Assembly (NCBI GenBank): GCA_020137815.1
Contig: CM035350.1
Coordinates: 3,968,001-4,032,000 of the forward strand
Length of the DNA: 64,000 bases
DNA from: Hormiphora californensis
Lineage: Eukaryota; Animalia; Ctenophora
Reading direction: 5' to 3'
Part shown: piece by piece, positions 62,601 through 64,000 of the stretch
How positions within the stretch are numbered: position 1 is the stretch's first letter
How the letters are laid out: each line of letters starts with the position of its first letter
Notes under the pieces: generated by a model
The model's input: only the letters and a program-made list of their open reading frames with translations
Databases searched by the model: none
Told to the model about the DNA's origin: nothing
Translations under genes and position numbers: made by a program

Positions 62601-62861
62601 CCGGACACCCCAGTGCGTCACTCCCTTGCACTTGGAGAGTCCAGCACAGGCATTCAGGGCTGAATCACGGGTTTTGTACTTCTTCTTGTTTACTCGGCCG
62701 GTCAGCTTGTAGCCCTCGGCAACAGTCCAGTATCTTTTCTGGTGCAGCAGATAGCCGTCTGCAAAGATAGGGAGACATGTTATCAGTGATAAGGCGGTGT
62801 CAACGGTCAAAACATAACCGATGATCCATATCTATAATATCAAGGCAGAGAGAGAGAGAGC

Positions 62862-62910
<49 letters not shown>

Positions 62911-63888
62911 TGAGAGAGAGAAAAGAAAAAGAGAGCGATAGAAACATAGTTGATCACTTACTTCCTTGAATCCAACATTGGTAGCCCTTTTTGGTTTTGA
63001 CGGTTGTACCACTGTGCAGCCTGAACTTCTTGGATCCCTCCTTTGATACCCCATTACAATCACTAGTACCGGCACACACCTTGTATTAGGGAATTGGTGT
63101 GAATCTCGTGTATAGTAGCTCGGTTTAGCAGTTCATATTTCCACAATGTTGTTGTGCGTTGTCACACAGCTTGGTAGCTCTATAATACTGCCAATTTATT
63201 AACATTATGATTACACTCAGTATAAATTCCCTAGGTTCCTCTACCCTGTCTCTCTTACCTTCATGGCAGCGCTATCAGTTTTGTAGGTAATGGAGTTGTA
63301 GTAGCCAGAGGTGAGCTTGCATTTGGTCCTGTGATCCCACATGTAACCACGGTTTGATACCAGGGCACCTCCCTTCGTGAAGGCCGTGTAACCCACTGCT
63401 GCCACTGCAGTTGTCGTCTTGGTTCTCTGGTAGGTCTTCCCGTTGAAGTTGACTCCCTTGCACTTTTTATCAGTGGCACAGCTGCCCAGAGCGTCCGACA
63501 GGGTGCTTGTTTTCTCCCCGTAGCTACCCTTGAACTTGTAGGGTGCCTTACCGGACCACACCAAATCTGCGAGGGGAAAGTGAATGAATGTAGAAGTTGC
63601 CTCCCTCCGTATCTTATAATAAGTATCTATAATAAGTACACCCCCTATTTGATGTGTGATTGCTGATTATATATCATATAAATATGATATATATCATATA
63701 TATATATAATCAGCAATCACACATATCAAAGAGGGAGTTTACTACAGTCTACAAGTATTTTAAAACTCTTACCGGAATGAATGACGGTAAAGCGGAGTTT
63801 AGCGTATCCTCCTCTGATGTATGCCCTAGCACCTTTAGTTTTCTTCAGGTTAGGTCCTGTGTTGACCTTGTACTTTCCGTTCTTGTAC
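26852..63888 (-). CDS. Giant (5'-partial) multi-exon protein of ~75-aa Lys-rich PAN/Apple-like repeats with a C-terminal F-type-lectin-like domain
   Basis: Dozens of minus-strand exons (e.g. 48729-50396, 55595-57233, 58909-61275, 61795-62758) encode W-x5-L-x-G-Y-x4-Y-K-T-x3-A-x3-C-x5-C-x-G-V-T-K-E-G-x3-Y-R-L-N-x10-G-x2-A-Y-x-K-G. Hand-checked junctions are GT-AG and phase-consistent. TAG stop at 26852-26854; AATAAA (minus) at 26489-26494; continues past the window edge. Confidence 0.9.
27503..27628. repeat. ~22-bp intronic minisatellite (GAGAGATGGGTCATTAGATACG) x5
   Basis: Read directly; lies just upstream of a minus-strand acceptor. Confidence 0.85.
28170..28300. repeat. ~20-bp intronic minisatellite (CTAGATCGGGGAGATCAGGG) x6
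   Basis: Read directly. Confidence 0.85.
28757..28848. mobile_element. 92-bp hAT-type MITE
   Basis: TIR CAGGAACCGACCGA ... TCGGTCGGTTCCTG; 8-bp TSD ATATTCAC at 28749-28756 and 28849-28856. Confidence 0.88.
29954..30417 (-). repeat. ~38-39-bp minisatellite x~12 whose unit contains the 3' splice site of the adjacent exon
   Basis: Minus strand unit ...CCCCTTCCCTTCCTTAG|CAACC; the last copy continues into the exon (A)TSHSVYTAADGEISY. Confidence 0.85.
34052..35512 (+). CDS. Secreted or membrane-anchored MACPF (perforin-like) protein, anemone-toxin-like; intronless CDS nested in an intron of the giant gene
   Basis: Signal peptide MLLLLLCLTGNLVYG; MACPF signature FLKKYGTHYIRGVFYG; Cys-rich C-terminal module GCRSDDDCH..CYCYGQSC; hydrophobic C-terminal tail; host intron 33747-35675. 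Confidence 0.9.
   Translation: MLLLLLCLTGNLVYGGEYYLGADTTPNIGKGFYLPQTSIYRLSLGGKSLFKNLPDRCYKSRSEGGKTKAEILFFETPESFYRYLGAESGLIHEDVVAHTFYRTLLDASQSIDPNLAIRGAGIEISKQTTGYDIDPDCLSSEALDPQLEKDLASLPDVVEKPEMRGSWAAYEVFLKKYGTHYIRGVFYGNKIVHFVFGKRSKGYSDIEYGAAACKNLRNASLSFCKQYWDSDYEKVTTMETGSFYEVRGGTTQARARMTAGYPSAEMLYDFIQGETTGDQDVNLYLEPVSSLLKKRYLGSKHFTKVLNLLQYYDGFVALGCYKENIHGVPSQRFRLVSSEHGIPEYSCEQAKTGCRSDDDCHLAPASFWTACYCYGQSCIVKSSLTIPEYGSHVTRGVRREATGSYYEGENLSCHYQVGPSCYCGQDHKNKWDSIWPPSTSDISRDLETYRMLYTNMDNNELNGARRGVLNWTLGLLWIVAIWYWYR
39751..39818 (-). ncRNA. tRNA-Asp(GTC)-derived Pol III unit (pseudo-tRNA / SINE-head-like)
   Basis: A box TGGTCGAGTGG, loop CTGTCAA, B box GGTTCGATCC, T8 run ~22 nt downstream; stems imperfect. 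Confidence 0.55.
40109..40178 (-). ncRNA. tRNA-Glu(CTC)-derived Pol III unit (pseudo-tRNA / SINE-head-like)
   Basis: A box TGGTGTAGTGG, loop CTCTCAC, B box GGTTCGAATCC, T5 run ~15 nt downstream; stems imperfect. Confidence 0.55.
45900..46112. mobile_element. 213-bp MITE with 10-bp TSD
   Basis: TIR GGTARGCGGACTCTAGTGCTAA; TSD AGATGTAGGC at 45890-45899 and 46113-46122; internal GGTTAGGG motifs. Confidence 0.8.
46411..47950 (+). mobile_element. ORF1-only non-autonomous LINE (CR1/L2-like), 1540 bp
   Basis: Interrupts the right TIR of the host element; TSD ATAGA (46406-46410, 47951-47955); (TGAA)n 3' tail; no ORF2. Confidence 0.75.
46515..47561 (+). CDS. LINE ORF1-like protein (coiled coil + RRM-like + C-terminal domain), 348 aa
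   Basis: Coiled coil (LDDLKTTRDRL...EVSALKD); motifs NLIVYGLPE, VERLG..RPVRV, VYIAPDRTVEER, WRIRRGSVV typical of CR1/L2 ORF1p. Confidence 0.8.
   Translation: MDRTFSSWRHGGPGGKACTADFLRLETSIIATLRRAAGYSEPNKEGGEFDPNKLTNNYLKGLDTNKKLKIIADMAGLLWYRSLPLSQMTRKQIEEKKEDTKPAISCPANDKLSDNMEVDFEVLDDLKTTRDRLDATKDELLERDRKIIALQDEVSALKDSIIAYKDSLLEKSISAVQTVVKEEIMSYSTVLETAATAVKESCVSALAPSKIRTAIASASEDRTANLIVYGLPETTDSNDCDKIKDVFQELGEAPVVSKVERLGRSGEQVRPVRVFMRTREAARTVLGKSAQLKDSDSYQTVYIAPDRTVEERAERRVLVARLRERRELEPEKTWRIRRGSVVEEAQEE
50853..51951. mobile_element. 1.1-kb MITE with ~120-bp near-perfect TIRs and older internal inverted repeats
   Basis: GTGGCCCAAATTAAAGGGAGGGTACGTTGGCC...GGCCAACGTACCCTCCCTTTAATTTGGGCCAC; diverged inner arms ~51285-51470 / 51645-51830. 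Confidence 0.85.
52950..53018. mobile_element. Small MITE family (TGGTTACGAAGTYACCCC...GGGGTWATTTCRTWACCA); related copies near 3622-3725, 32538-32583, 36180-36250
   Basis: Shared imperfect TIR motif at four loci. Confidence 0.6.
55165..55274. mobile_element. Palindromic ~110-bp MITE (Tc1/Stowaway-like ends)
   Basis: CTATACTCCCCCTCCTTTA ... TAAAGGAGGGGGAGTATAG with inner palindrome GGTGAGAGAAAGAAGAAT/ATTCTTCTTTCTTTCACC. Confidence 0.7.
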
Positions 63889-64000
63889 CTGGAGTAGAGT
63901 TAGTAATACCACGATAGAAGTTAATCGGTGAGGGAAATGTTAGTTTAGTATAACACAGGTAGGTGGAAGGAACAATTCGAAACTATTTAGACTATATGTT

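Overview
Eukaryotic (animal) genomic DNA with many short GT-AG introns, microsatellites and MITEs. A ctenophore such as Pleurobrachia or Hormiphora is my best guess, inferred from an intronless LDLa-GPCR, a nested intronic gene and a recalled abundant ~90-bp MITE. Genes: an intronless LDLa-repeat class-A GPCR (-), ATG9 (+), an 8-exon E/R-rich helical protein (+), and a giant 5'-truncated gene (-, 26.9 kb to beyond 64 kb; my estimate ~58 exons and >6,000 aa in the window). The giant gene is built from ~75-aa Lys-rich PAN/Apple-like repeats, ends in an F-type-lectin-like domain, and carries an anemone-toxin-like MACPF gene in one intron. Most unusual signals: (1) a 1.5-kb foldback element whose arm mismatches are almost all G-U compatible on the minus strand, suggesting A-to-G hypermutation or a hairpin RNA; (2) three independent tandem arrays whose unit is a 3' splice site plus the start of the exon, including ~108 copies in ATG9; (3) an in-frame chimeric ATG9 exon made by tandem duplication; (4) an ORF1-only LINE nested in a TIR element; (5) a TIR element carrying two tRNA-like Pol III units. 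Exon coordinates and counts were read by hand and may be off by a few bases.
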